The notes under the pieces are model-generated. The model was not told where the DNA came from, made no database searches, and was given only the letters and a program-made list of their open reading frames with translations. 64,000 nt of DNA from the human T2T-CHM13v2.0 reference genome, Homo sapiens: assembly GCF_009914755.1 (NCBI RefSeq), contig NC_060936.1. One strand, given 5' to 3'. The translations under genes were made by a program, and so were the position numbers. Numbering within the stretch: the stretch's first letter is position 1; each line of letters begins with the position of its first letter. Positions 14,852-28,724 of this stretch are shown piece after piece.

Positions 14852-15336
14852 TGTATCAGTCAGCTTTTCCTGTGTAACAAATTACCCCAAAATGTAGTGA
14901 TTTCAACTATTTATTTAGCTCCTGAATCTACTGATTAACAATTTGGTCTAGTCAGACCTAGGCTTGGCCGATTGTGCCTGGATTTGCTCAGACATCTGTG
15001 ATCACCTGGCTACTTTGCTGAGCCTGGCTGGTTTATGATGACCATTTCTGAGACAGCTCAGATGACTGGGGCTTCTCTTGACATTACTTTTCATTCTCCA
15101 TCAGCCTACCTTCAGTTTTTATCACATGGTGGTGGCAGAGTCCCAATGGCAGTAAGGGCAGATCAAGGCTCAGAACATCCACAGCACCTCTTCTAGCATA
15201 TTTTACCGGCCAGCTCAAATTCAAGGGGAAAAAAATAAATTTTGCTTCTTTGTTAGAGGAGCTGCCAGGTCACATTGCAAAGAGGCATGGAGTCAGAGAA
15301 GGGCTGTATTTGGAGATATTTTTGCCATCTATTACA
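14852..15336 (-). mobile_element. Old MLT1 (H/I/J-type) MaLR LTR
   Basis: tgtatcagtcagcttttcctgtgtaacaaattaccccaaaatgtagtga...aaattcaagggg...gtcacattgcaaagaggcatgg...ctattaca. Confidence 0.75.
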
Positions 15337-15921
15337 GCCAATAAGTGGATCCAAATTAAAAGAAGTCAAAGGCAAATTTTTCATGCTAGAGAAAGCTATA
15401 GTGATGAGCACTAAAGAAAGGGAGCAACAAACACACATAGTGTCTTCACGGATAGATATCAGACATCCCATAACTATGACTATATCCTCAAATTTCATTC
15501 TACTAAAATAACATAGCATATATAAGAAAGTATTTATATCAACATACCTTAAAAACTCATTAGAGTCAACAGTGCCTAAATACTTCACAGCAGTTCATCT
15601 TTTCTGTAACTTAGGGTAGGATTGGAAAGAGTAAAGAATGATGAATTTTCCCATTGTTTGCATCTTTTGGTGGAGTTATGTTAGGGGAGAAAAGGGATAG
15701 CACACAGGAAAGCCTGGGTATAAACTTGAGTGACAGTGTAAACCGCAGTTGTCCTTTTCCAATGGAGAATTCAGAGTTGGCCAAGAAGAGCTAAGTAGAA
15801 TGGTAAGAGAAGAAAAAGAGAAAATCAGAAAAAGGGAGGGAATGAGTAGCTGTCATTTGGCTTTGTATATTGTTACAGAAATAGTAAAATATTTTTCATG
15901 GACATCTACCCTTAAATACCA

Positions 15922-16122
15922 ATAATTTATTGTGCATTTCAAAATAACTAAAGAAGTATAATTGGAATGTTTGTAATACAAAGAAATAGTAACTACTTGA
16001 GGTGAGAGATATTTCATTTACCCTCCTGTAATAATTATACATTGTATGCCTGTATCAAAATACCTCAGGTACCCCATAAATATATACACCTGTTATGTAC
16101 CCATAAAGATTAAAAATAAAAA
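15922..16122 (+). mobile_element. 5'-truncated L1MA 3' end
   Basis: aataatttattgtgcatttcaaaataactaaa...gtaccccataaatatatacacc...A-rich tail; TSD ttaaatacca at 15912-15921 and 16123-16132. Confidence 0.85.
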
Positions 16123-16259
16123 TTAAATACCATTGCCCCCCTCAGTTTTACTCATTGCATAAACATATGTTAAACAAAGAATCAACGTCAAACATTGCAT
16201 TCACTGTATGAAAGTCAAGAGGTGTGTTGGATCTTTTCTTATATTCAAGTAACTTTCCT

Positions 16260-16620
16260 CTACTAAAAGAGATGCACCCCAAAACAAATAACTGTAAAAC
16301 AATAAGTGCCTGTACTAGAGTTCAGGGAGGCACAGCAGAAGGATCCAGAAAAGGAATTTACCATGAGAAGGGACATTGTCAGGAGTGGTTTCTAGAGATG
16401 GATGGGGGATAGATAACAAAAAGCATAAAAAGATATCCCAAGACACAAATGTTTGAATCTGCTCTTGAAGAGAAGTGGATTAAGAGGAAAACCTGCAGGG
16501 ATGCTCAGAATTGGAGAGAAAAATCTTTCAGACAATAGGAACAGAATTAACAAATGTCTTGAGGCATAAGAGAACATTGTTTGTTTGGGAAACAATAATT
16601 AAGAGTGGCTAAATTATATA
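16260..16620 (-). mobile_element. L2 fragment
   Basis: Degenerate purine-rich L2-like text (gacaataggaacagaattaacaaatgtcttgaggcataagagaac). Confidence 0.5.
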
Positions 16621-18093
16621 GAACATGAAGAAGTACAAGATTGACCTCTGAAAAACTATTCATTCTGTCCAAAAAAATACCCAAGAATATCCATAAGGTT
16701 TAGGTTTTCATCTTGGGTAAAAATAGAAATCATGTGACACTCTTCACCCTCACAAATACATAATATTGAATGACTAATATTTTCACCTCTGTTATCAATG
16801 GTTCATCAAAATCTGAAGTCCAGTTGGTAGATAAAACTCTGCCTTAGTCATATTACCTAAACAATTTAAGTTAGAAAACTTTAAATAAATCACGTGTGGG
16901 TGTGTGTGTCTGTGTGTGTGTAAATTCTCCCGAGAAAGCTGCCTTTCATTTTTACCAAATTCATTTCTCTACCTTCTAAGGGACTAACCACATTATAAAC
17001 CCCAGGAGTACGCTATCTTTCCCACAAAAGAGGAAGGGGGAAAAAGATAAATTTCCAGGGATGGTTTTGCACACCAATGACAGGCATAGGTTTCTAAAGG
17101 ACGGTTTCCAACCTGTTAATAGTTTTCAATACACAACAGCTGCAATCCATGAAAGAGATAAATATTCATGGCACAAAGCATTTATATGTATCAAATGTAT
17201 ATTCATGAACAAATGGCTTCCCCTGCCTTTAATAGTGTTTGTTGTGCAGTCAGTAAAGAATGGACCAAGGTTTCCCTGGCTGCAACTGCTGGGTCTCTAC
17301 TGCTGCATCTCCTGAATGTCAGTTTTGCAGTGATTATAGACAAGACAATAGCCATGGGAAAAAAACACACAAAATGTGCCCAGAATCACTCCCCACTTGT
17401 TCCAGATATTGGATAGCAGAACCAAATATTAATGGCAGATTTTATATGGCTGCCAACTTATTTTTCAGGAAAAGCATTTTACATTCAAGCCTTGTGTAGC
17501 CATATGTGCACTATAATATCCATGGTTGACCTTCCTCTTTCAAATATGCTTTGTCACAGCACCAATGCCACCCCAAAGGGCTTTCCTAAGAATACTGGAA
17601 CAGGAATTTGCATACATTGAATAGCACTTTCAGGTGATCATCAGCATCTGGTTGTCATGCCCTCAATCAGAGTGTTCTGTGCAGCCTGGAAGCAAAAGAA
17701 TGATGGTGCAAACTATGCAAACCTTTGTTTTTCAGTAAGGTTTGGAAGATGGTATATGTTTCTGAAAATTGACGTATTGTTTAATAAAAGTGTTGTTTGC
17801 TCCATTAATTTCTCCAAGAGGGAAGCAAGAATACTATAGAAACAGTGAGGAAATATGCCTTTTGTTGAACAAGAAAAGAGTCATTAGAAGGTTTTAGGGT
17901 ACTACACAAAGTCTGTTAAATATAAAAACTTAATAATAAAAGAATTTAACTTATAACTTGCATGCAAAGAAGCCCTTCAGTTTTGCAGACAGGATCTCTT
18001 ACTCCTCTCTCTCAATTTTTTTTGGTCAGCTCCCAGCCTTCCTTTAGGTTCACAAAAAAAATAATTCTGACTCTATCAGAAATGTCAGACTTA

Positions 18094-18177
18094 GGCCAGG
18101 TGTGGTGGCTCACATCTATAATCCCAGCACTTTGGGAGGCCAAGGCAGGAGAATCCTTTGAGAACAGGAGGTCAAGA
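18094..18177 (+). mobile_element. 3'-truncated Alu left arm/FLAM fragment with no poly(A)
   Basis: ggccaggtgtggtggctcac...caggaggtcaaga matches about the first 84 nt of Alu; perfect 15-bp TSD agaaatgtcagactt at 18078-18092 and 18175-18189. Confidence 0.9.
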
Positions 18178-20039
18178 AATGTCAGACTTCCCCTTTCTTT
18201 CATCATTTGCTGTTGTTCCACTATAAGAGATGTGATTTTAAGACCATTATGATAAACTGAAAATATGATTTGAGGTCCTTCTCTCTACATGTTTTCATAA
18301 GGGTAACTAGTTATGTCTGAATTTGAGTTTGCAAAGTTAAGTTGCACCTGATGCCTCTCAGTAGACTATGCAATCTATTGCAAAATCTAAGTGTAAACTA
18401 GTATAAAATATGAAAAGATTTTAGCTCTTGGTGTTGTGAGACAGAGATTGCATATGATAACTTGTTGAGGAGGAAGCATGTTGTTGGATATGTCAAGGTT
18501 CCAGAAATATGGATTGTAGCTGTAATTGGCAAGGATAAAGTGTTACAGCTCTCAAAATGAAATGATTTCAGTATCTAAACTATAGTTTCAGTATTTAAAA
18601 CAACTACTAATTTTTCCTTGGATAGTATTTTGAAAATTAAACCTTTCATAAGAAAATGTTCCTTAAAGTTCCATAAATAAATAGAAGAGGTGCTCTAGAG
18701 TGTGGTGTAGACCAACAATTAATTCCTGTACACCTACAATTAATTCCCTAGATCCTTTCCACTTCTGATTCTAGAAATAGGGGCATCTTACTATCATCTT
18801 TGTACCCTGTCTCAATGAAATACTTAGTATATGCGTCAGAATCCTTTGTGTCAACTTCTTTACACTCTCCTCACTAACGAAGAGCAGTTCATGTTGCAGC
18901 TCAATAGCATATCTTCATTGCCGGTCACCTCATCAGAAGTAGAAAATTAATTTATCTATTTGAATTCTTTTTTCCATGCCTATCATGTTCTTGTACTGTG
19001 CTATTTAATATAAACACAGCCCCTTCTTGCAAGATGTTTTTAGTCTAACAGAGAAAATAAACGAAGTAACCACACAGTTAGAAAGCAATATGCATTCAGT
19101 AATGCTCCAGTACAGGAAGCAGAAGGCATTATGAGATTTAAAGAGTATCAGACACTTGCCCAACTTCTGACAATAAGAAATCAATAAAGCCTGGTGTTGA
19201 ACGCAGGTTTATCAAGCTCTTAATATTCTACATAAAATATCGTTGTAGCTGTACCCAAGCTCCTATATAAAGAAGCAGCCTTTTGAGAACAGCCATAGGA
19301 GATTCTTCTCCTGCTCCTGTGTTGGATTAGTTAGAAGTATGTCACATGTCTGATCTTAGCCACAAAGGAGGCTGAAGCTGGGAAGTAGAAAACAAGTTTC
19401 TCACAACTCACTTGAGCGAGAGTTCCTTTAGCAAAGAACAGAGGCAGGAAGACTTGGGCTGCAAGTGGGGCTTCCTACTCTCATTAGGCTCCTGGCTCTC
19501 ATTTGGTCCTATAGCCAGGCTCACAGCCCACTGCTTGAATCTAAGGGCTGGAATGAGGCTCATTCCACCCGTTTGGTTCACTGGCCTATGGGGAAACTGG
19601 TGCCCACTGGTTCTTGGGACTACACTTGATGGAAAGCTGTTATCTTGGACAGAGAAGGGCGGTGCCACCGTCCCAGCCTCACTCTGGCTTTATTGCTTTG
19701 GGTCTCCTACCCTAATATTTGCTGGAGTCTGCACTGGAGCCTTTGTCATTTATTCTACCACCCTCCTCACCTCTCCTGAGCTGGCGGTTAGATTCTCAAT
19801 CAAATTTTAGTTTATTACCAACCGTGATATCATAGGGAAAGTGATAAACAAATCATGATATAAAAACTAATCACAAAATACCACAACCAATGTATCACAA
19901 TTGTGGCCAGCTTCAGAACCATCTCCCAAAAGTTTTGATGTGGAGAATGACTTCTTCCCATCACCCAACATTTCCAGATTAAGAGGAGCATCAGGAAAGA
20001 AACTAAAACCAAGATGGAAACTAGGGTAGGGAGAGAAAT

Positions 20040-20230
20040 GGAACTAACTCTAAGCCAAATACTGTGCTGGGCACTTTCTAATACTTGACTTCATCTACAT
20101 CTCAAAATAACCCTAGCAGAAAGGTATTATTAATTGAGCAAAAGAAGCAGCAAGGTTAAATATCATTCCTGAGATCTCATACCCAACAAGTGCCAAATCC
20201 AAGATTTAAGCTCAATTATATGCCCTTTCC
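20040..20230 (-). mobile_element. MIR fragment
   Basis: actgtgctgggcactttc...ctcaaaataaccctagcagaaaggtattatt...aggttaaat. Confidence 0.55.
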
Positions 20231-20290
20231 ACCACTGGAGCTTGCCCTGAAGACAGATGTGTCCTGGCACTCAACTGAAAGAGGAGATAA

Positions 20291-20618
<328 letters not shown>

Positions 20619-21229
20619 TGAAAAGCACTTTGGTGTAGTTTTCCTGCTCCAAGTACAGAACAAGGATGACCAAATATTTTAAAAGAAAGGTAAAAAGGCA
20701 TAAAATCACACTAAAAATTACTCACATACCAGAAGGAGTTCAGTGCCTTCAAATTACCAGGCCTAAAAGTGTTCCAGGGGATCTGGAACCAAGTTCTCTC
20801 CAATCCCCTGAGAAAACTACTTCTCACTGCTCCTTGGGGCTACCACTTTAGGGGAAGCTGTTGTCTTGGTTGGGGAGCGGTGGTGGCCCAGACCCCAGCC
20901 TCCCACTGGCTCTGTAACTAGATTTGCAGCATCTTAAATATCACCCTAGTAAAAGGTACCTTTGTAAGTGCTGGTTGTAGTCTAAAAGTCCAGAAGGCCA
21001 AGGGAAGGATCAGCTAAAGCCTAGATGGGGAGAGTTAAGCATAGGGAAAAGGGGGAAAAAAAACCATCGTGAAATATGTGGTTAATTTCTGGGATCAGTT
21101 CACTACCTTGCTCTGTGACATCATGGGTTGGTACTAAACTGAAAATTGATGGAGAATCTGCATGCTAAAACATTCTGAGGCCTAAAAATCTGCCTCTATA
21201 AGTAAGCAAACAAACCAATAAATTTATTT

Positions 21230-21360
21230 TATACACACACACGCACACATACACAAACATGTGTATATATACATATATACACACATACACATATATATAG
21301 ACAGACATAGGGAGAGAGAGAGACAGACAGAGACAGATAGAGAGAGAGGGAGAAAGAGAG
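21230..21360 (+). repeat. Compound (CA)/(TA)/(GA) low-complexity repeat
   Basis: Read directly from the sequence. Confidence 0.85.
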
Positions 21361-23358
21361 TCAAAGAGCTTGTCCTGAAGAAATTCTAGAAAGAACTTGC
21401 AATTGGGAAAGTGTGAAGCTACTTAAGATCATTCATATTAGGATATTTGCCAGTTGGAGTTCTCAGCAAACATCTACAAGTATAGATGAATGTTACAGTT
21501 TTTTTATTGTTGGTCCAGGAAAAGGTGACTAATTTCAAAACTTTTAGGAATATTGCAGCTTCTATATTGATATCCTGAGCCAACATTTATTGTTCACATT
21601 CCGCTGACCACCAGTCAAACATCAGGCATTCTGTGCAAGGGGGACCTTGGTGTTTTTGTGCAGAGGGAGAAAAACTTCAATTTTCAGGGAAATTGAAAAA
21701 TTTGTAAGTGCAAATCATCACATGGGTAGAAGTTAGCTGATCATAGTATATTTACACACCCATTTCAAATAAACAGTGGAATCACTCAGAGTTGCCATCT
21801 TGAGCTAAGGACTCCTTCCTGCTAAAAATTCTGCTCCACAGGAACTAGCCGTCTTAGGCAACCTAGACTCAAGTTTAGTCAAGTCCTCGCTGAAACTCAC
21901 CAGTTTTATAAGGACTTTGGAATTGCTGTGGACAGAAAAATTTGCAATATGACTTCTGCCTCACTGAAGGAACTGACTCAGGAGATACGCAAAAACTGCC
22001 TTGAGTGGATTCAAGCTGACATTTGTTGCTCCTATACCACAGAACCCCAAAGCAAAAATGTCTATATGTTTTCCCCATGACTTAGAACTCCATGAAGGTA
22101 TACAAAAACAAGCAAACAAAGCCAAAAACCGTGACAAAAATGTGTCTGATAGGTATTCATTAAGCACAAAGCTGCCGCTGTTCCCGATGTTGAGCAGGAA
22201 GTCATTTCAAGGCAGGGATAGACATGTCCCTTTGGAACAAAAGCTTTCCCGACAAAGGCTGGCACAGGTGTTCACCCACAATGGATATGACCATGACCTT
22301 TTCAAAACAGTGGCCACAAAGGCCTGAGGAAGCTGATGTCACCCTCCATATCCGATCATGCCACTCCCCATTTTGAAAAGGCCCATTTCTAGAAAGGTTC
22401 AGCAAGCAAGCAATTCTTCATGTAGATCCATGTTCTGGTTGGAAGTCCAACTGGGGCAAATGTAAGAGGTAAATTCTATCAGCTCTGTTGAGGAAGCTCA
22501 TCTTCCTCCTGCCTGTTTTCCAAATGGGGGCCGTCTGTCCAGCCTCTGAGGCAGACAGGCAGGCAGCAGGTGGCAGAGAAGAAGAGGTGTTGATGCAAAA
22601 TTAACAGTACATCAAAAACACTGTTTATTGTACACATGAAGGCTCTTGTATGCTCAAGGTGAAGCAAAAAATAAAATCAGTTAACTATTCTGTGTTATGA
22701 CTCTTTAAGAAATACAGAAAAATTCCCACTTCATTCATCCATTATTTAGAATTCCCAAAATACACAAACCCAAGGGGACTACTATTTAGGACTCAACACT
22801 CCTTCCCTGGCCAGGGTATGTGCTCTCTTTATGTCTCATTTACGTTTCAGCATCAGCAAGCTCTATTTTCATTTATATAAGTGTGTACTTTACAGTAGGA
22901 TGCTATGGCAGTCTCAAAGTTTACAATCGCCATTATTTTAAATAGCTTTATTTACCTTCAATGACTGCCATCAGGAAAGGAGCTACTTTTATCCTTTGTA
23001 AAACAGGAATCACTTTGAGGTAGATGTAGACAAATTATGCTCCAACATATAAATTACATGCATTTAATCCTTTTTGAAAGCCCAGGAAAGAAAAGTAGCT
23101 GATGCATAAGCACCAGGTCTTGTACTACTAGGGGCTCTTTTGCAATATTCCATTTATTCCTCCCTAAACTCTGTGATATTGATCACATTATTAGTCCCAT
23201 TTCAACAATATTTAATAATCAAACACAAAACAAAGTAATCTTATTATCTAGTAAGCCTTCGATTTGAGGTTTTAACCCCCTTCTTGATTCTAGAACCACT
23301 GTTCCCTTCGTGTTACCAAATTGGAATTTTTTTTTTTTGCATTGTAACACCTATTTGT

Positions 23359-23666
23359 GCCTGGATATGGTGGCTCATGCTTGTAATCCCAGCACTTTGT
23401 GAGGCCAAGGCAGGAGGATCACTTGAGGCCAGATATTTGGGACCAGCTTGGGCAACATAATGAACCCTATCTCTACTAAAAACAAAAAACAAATTAGTCA
23501 GGCAAGGTGGTGCATGCCAGGAGGCTAACGCTGGAGGATCCCAAGAGTTCAGGAGTTAAAGGCTGCAGTGAGCTATAATCACACCACTGCACTCCAGCCT
23601 GGATGACAGAGTGAGACCCTGTCTTAAACAAATAAATAAATAAACAAAAAGACTCTCCCCCCAAAA
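23359..23666 (+). mobile_element. AluJ (Jo-like) with a short right-arm deletion
   Basis: ggtggctcatgcttgtaatcccagcactttg...aggctgcagtgagctataatcacaccactgcactccagcctgg; (TAAA)n tail; probable TSD aacacctatttgt (23346) / aacacctgtttgc (23667). Confidence 0.9.
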
Positions 23667-24269
23667 AACACCTGTTTGCATTGATTTTTCTCTTACCCTC
23701 TCAGTATCTTTCATGAAACATGCGGTTACCTAGGCAGCAGAGGCAGTATTTCAAAAAGGCACGGAGAGAAAGGGGAGTTGAATAAGACGCAGGGCTCTGA
23801 AATTAAACAGCAACAACAATATATACTGAGCCAGGAAACCTTATAAACAGAAGAAGAAAGATAGCTGGGGAGAGGAGGAATGAAGAAGAAGGAAAATGGT
23901 TATGTTATGACCGCTGAGGGCTGGTTTCAATTTACTTTGAAATGAAGGTCAATGAGAACTAATACCATTCCTTTTCAGATTTCATGTAACTTCTCCACTA
24001 GTTGTGTTTTTTTTGTTAACCTCATCTTGTATTTTCTATAAGGGGGAAAAAAACCATCTTTTCGAAGATTAAAGAATTTTTCTGTGGCACCGCAGAGCTG
24101 AGGAGCGATTGGACACTGAATGAGGGGTATAGTGAATCTGGCTCCGAGAGAAGCCCTCTAAATGGAATAGCAGGTAGCAGCAATGGAAAAGGCCAAACTA
24201 ATGATCCCTGAGACTTTCAATAAAAAGAGAATTGCTCAATTTCTCCTTCACTAATATAATAATACTTGA

Positions 24270-24430
24270 CGTTTGTGGGTATTTTCCATGTTTGCAAAAC
24301 TGTTTTAAGCATATCGTATCTGCTAATAAAATCCCCACAGAATCCTACAGGATATGTACTATGACTATCCCATTTTACAGAGAGAGAAATTGAGGCCCAG
24401 AGAAGTAACTTGCCTATGGTTATATGAGCC
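24270..24430 (-). mobile_element. MIR
   Basis: MIR core cccattttacagagagagaaattgaggcccagagaagtaacttgcc. Confidence 0.75.
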
Positions 24431-24549
24431 ATCTTTTTCCCATTTTTTCCCTCTCTTGTTTGCTTTACTTCTTAAACCATTTCTTAAGGCAGAGATCTGA
24501 GTTTACTTATCTTCCACTTAACTCTTTAATCCAGTAAAATTTAACGTAC

Positions 24550-24835
24550 AGGAATGAAGAAAAGTTAGTTAATGGGTAAAAAAAATACAGTTTGATAGAA
24601 AGAATAAGTTCTAGTATTTAATAGTACAGCTATTATAGTTAACAATAATTTATTGTAGATTTCAAAATAGAAGAGTTGCAATGTTCCCAACACACACACA
24701 CAAAAAAGATAATAAATGTTTGAGGTGGTGGATATCCCAATTACTCTACTTTGATCATTACACATTGTACACAGGTATCAAAATAGCACATGTACCCCCA
24801 AACATGCATATATAAATACGATTATTTATATAATA
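24550..24835 (+). mobile_element. L1MA 3' end fragment
   Basis: gttaatgggta...gatagaaagaataagttctagtattt...tttgaggtggtggatatcccaattac...catgtacccc. Confidence 0.85.
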
Positions 24836-24940
24836 ACTAATATATGATAGTTATATATATTTTGAGGTAGATGAGATATTGACTTTTTGACTTTTTAAAC
24901 GTAATCCTATAGGATAAAATATAGGGAAGGAAGTCAAATT

Positions 24941-24963
24941 AAAAAATATATATCTAGCAGGGT

Positions 24964-25009
<46 letters not shown>

Positions 25010-25181
25010 TATATATGTATATATAGATATCCTGTGTGTGTGTGTATATATATACACATATGGGGTGTATATATATATATACACATATATATACACACAC
25101 ACACACACACATATATATATACGCACCCCATATATATATACATGTATGAGGTATCCTGCTAGATGTATATATATATTTTTT
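24941..25181. repeat. Compound (CA)n/(TA)n/(TG)n microsatellite bracketed by inverted repeats
   Basis: tctagcagggtacctca (24953-24969) is the reverse complement of 25147-25163 at 16/17; inner inverted pair 25058-25067 / 25124-25133. Confidence 0.9.
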
Positions 25182-25204
25182 ACATATCTGAAACACATTT
25201 ACAT

Positions 25205-26514
<1,310 letters not shown>

Positions 26515-26699
26515 TAGCTGCTGAAGGTCTGCGAGCCTGTGAGCTTGGAGGCGCTTCTCCCTGCCTGTTAGGCTGTTCCCATCAGATCACGACAAGATGG
26601 ATGTTATTTTTCTCTTTGGAATTAAATCTTGACAAGAGTTCGAATGCTCTTTCCGGAATGCATGAGTTCAAAGGCTTTGTTAATTTCATCAAAAGACAG

Positions 26700-27010
26700 A
26701 TTGTGAGTCATAAATTCATCAGCTTTTATCTGACTTCCTTCCCTCTACCTCTCCAAACATATATATGCAAACACACCTTTCAGAAACACCAACACTTAAC
26801 TTCCAGTGACCTACTTTTATTCCTCATTCTACTTCACTTCTCTGAAGTGTTTCATTATGTTGACAATCCCCTTCTCTTTGAATACACAGACATTACCTAC
26901 TTCTAATTTTGCTTCTATTTTGCTAGCCACTTGCCTTCAATCTCTTTATTTCAGCCACTTGTTACATTTCTGGACAGCTCAAGGCTCTGTCCTTCATTTT
27001 CTTCTCTTCT
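26700..27010 (+). mobile_element. L2 fragment
   Basis: Pyrimidine-rich L2-like text (cctcattctacttcacttctctgaagtgtttc...ctcaaggctctgtcctt). Confidence 0.5.
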
Positions 27011-27893
27011 GGTTCTGGCTCTAAAAAGTGAGACTCAGTGCAATATAGGAGTCATAGGCAGGAGGAGATCAATAACCAGGGAGATTTTTAAAACTATTGA
27101 TGGCCCCTTTCCGGGACCCTGGCTTGTTCTGCTATACCCCCGCACTTTATTGGGGATAGAGGCAGGGAGAAGCACATTACCCTCGCCCCTCCTTAATGCT
27201 TAGTGAATTTAGCCAAAACTATTTGAGGAAGAAAGACTTGTTCTCCCATTCACACACCCCCAACCCACCCCAACAAAGGCTTCTGCCTCCCTCACTCCCA
27301 CTTCCAAAATGGACACTACTTCTAAGAATCACATTTGCCTGCCTTTGCCTGACATTTTAAAAACTCTTTTAAAGGGCCTGTATTACAAATCATGAAAAGA
27401 GGGAACTGGAGGATGGGGAAGAGAAAAAACAGAAGTGGATGGCATAGGCAGTGTGTGTTTCTGTGAAGCAACATTGGGGAAAAGATACAAAGGAAGCTGT
27501 AGCCTTGGAATCTATGTCAGTTCATCGTAGGGGAAACAGGCTGAACTGAGTAGCCAAGTCCAAGCAGTCAAGGGCATTCAGATTGCTGTGGCAAGAAGTC
27601 ATCAAGGGTAGAGACAGGCTTGGTTATGCTATATCTTGAGGTGAGTAAGGAGTGCTTAGGATTGTGACCTCTCTGAGTACAAGAGGTTCTCCCCTTTAAT
27701 TCCCTCCATCTGAAAATAACAATAAGTAATCTACCTGCCTATTTGTGTGTCAATAAGTATAATTCATGAAAGTCTTCAATGAGTAGTAAAACTACTATTT
27801 GTTGGGCCACATACTTTCCTAAGAAATTTATGCGTATTTTCTTGCTTAACCTTTACCACACAATCCATGTAGCAGATACTAGAATTATATATA

Positions 27894-28121
<228 letters not shown>

Positions 28122-28199
28122 AGAATTATATATACTTATAAATATATGTTCTATTTATATATGCACTAAAATATATATAGTATTTATATATTCTAGTAC

Positions 28200-28516
28200 A
28201 ATGGACTTGTACCAGTCTATGGACTGTTAGGAACCCGGCTGCACAGCAGGAGGTGAGTGACTGGCAAGTCAACATTACCACATGAGCTTGGCCTCCTGTC
28301 AGATCAGCAGGGGCATTAGACTCTCAAAGGAGCATGAATCCTACTGTGAAGTGCACATGCAAGGGATCTATATTGCACTCAATATGAGAATCTAATGCCT
28401 GATGATCGGAGGTGGAACAGTTTCATTCCAAAACCATGCTTCCCTCTGCCCCATCCATGGAAAAATTGTCTTCCAGGTAAATCAATCCCTGGTGCCAGAA
28501 AGGTTGGGGATTGCTG
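28200..28516 (+). mobile_element. MER1B (hAT-Charlie) DNA transposon
   Basis: ctgttaggaacccggctgcacagcaggaggtgag...cctcctgtcagatcagcag...gagaatctaatgcctgatgat...ccctggtgccagaaaggttggggattgctg. Confidence 0.88.
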
Positions 28517-28517
28517 T

Positions 28518-28519
<2 letters not shown>

Positions 28520-28558
<39 letters not shown>
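28520..28558 (+). repeat. (GT)n microsatellite, ~19 units
   Basis: Read directly from the sequence. Confidence 0.95.
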
Positions 28559-28559
<1 letters not shown>

Positions 28560-28724
28560 AAAATTTGGGTAGCTGGGTAGCTGCTATATGGATATATATT
28601 TTAGAAAGAAGTCAAGAATCTTGATGGGTAAGAAGCAAAGCAGGGATTTGAACCAGGGTTGGTCTAATACGAAAACTGAGGCTCTTCAGCAGTATTATTC
28701 CACATCTAAATGTAATTATTCAAT

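Noticed and set aside
19412-19810. 132-aa ORF overlapping the duplicated motif
   Set aside because: TTG start, no recognisable domain and no splice context; the duplication does not preserve a shared frame.
23955-24180. Branch point plus acceptor (actaat...ccttttcag at ~23978)
   Set aside because: No convincing donor or open frame follows, and such sites are common by chance.
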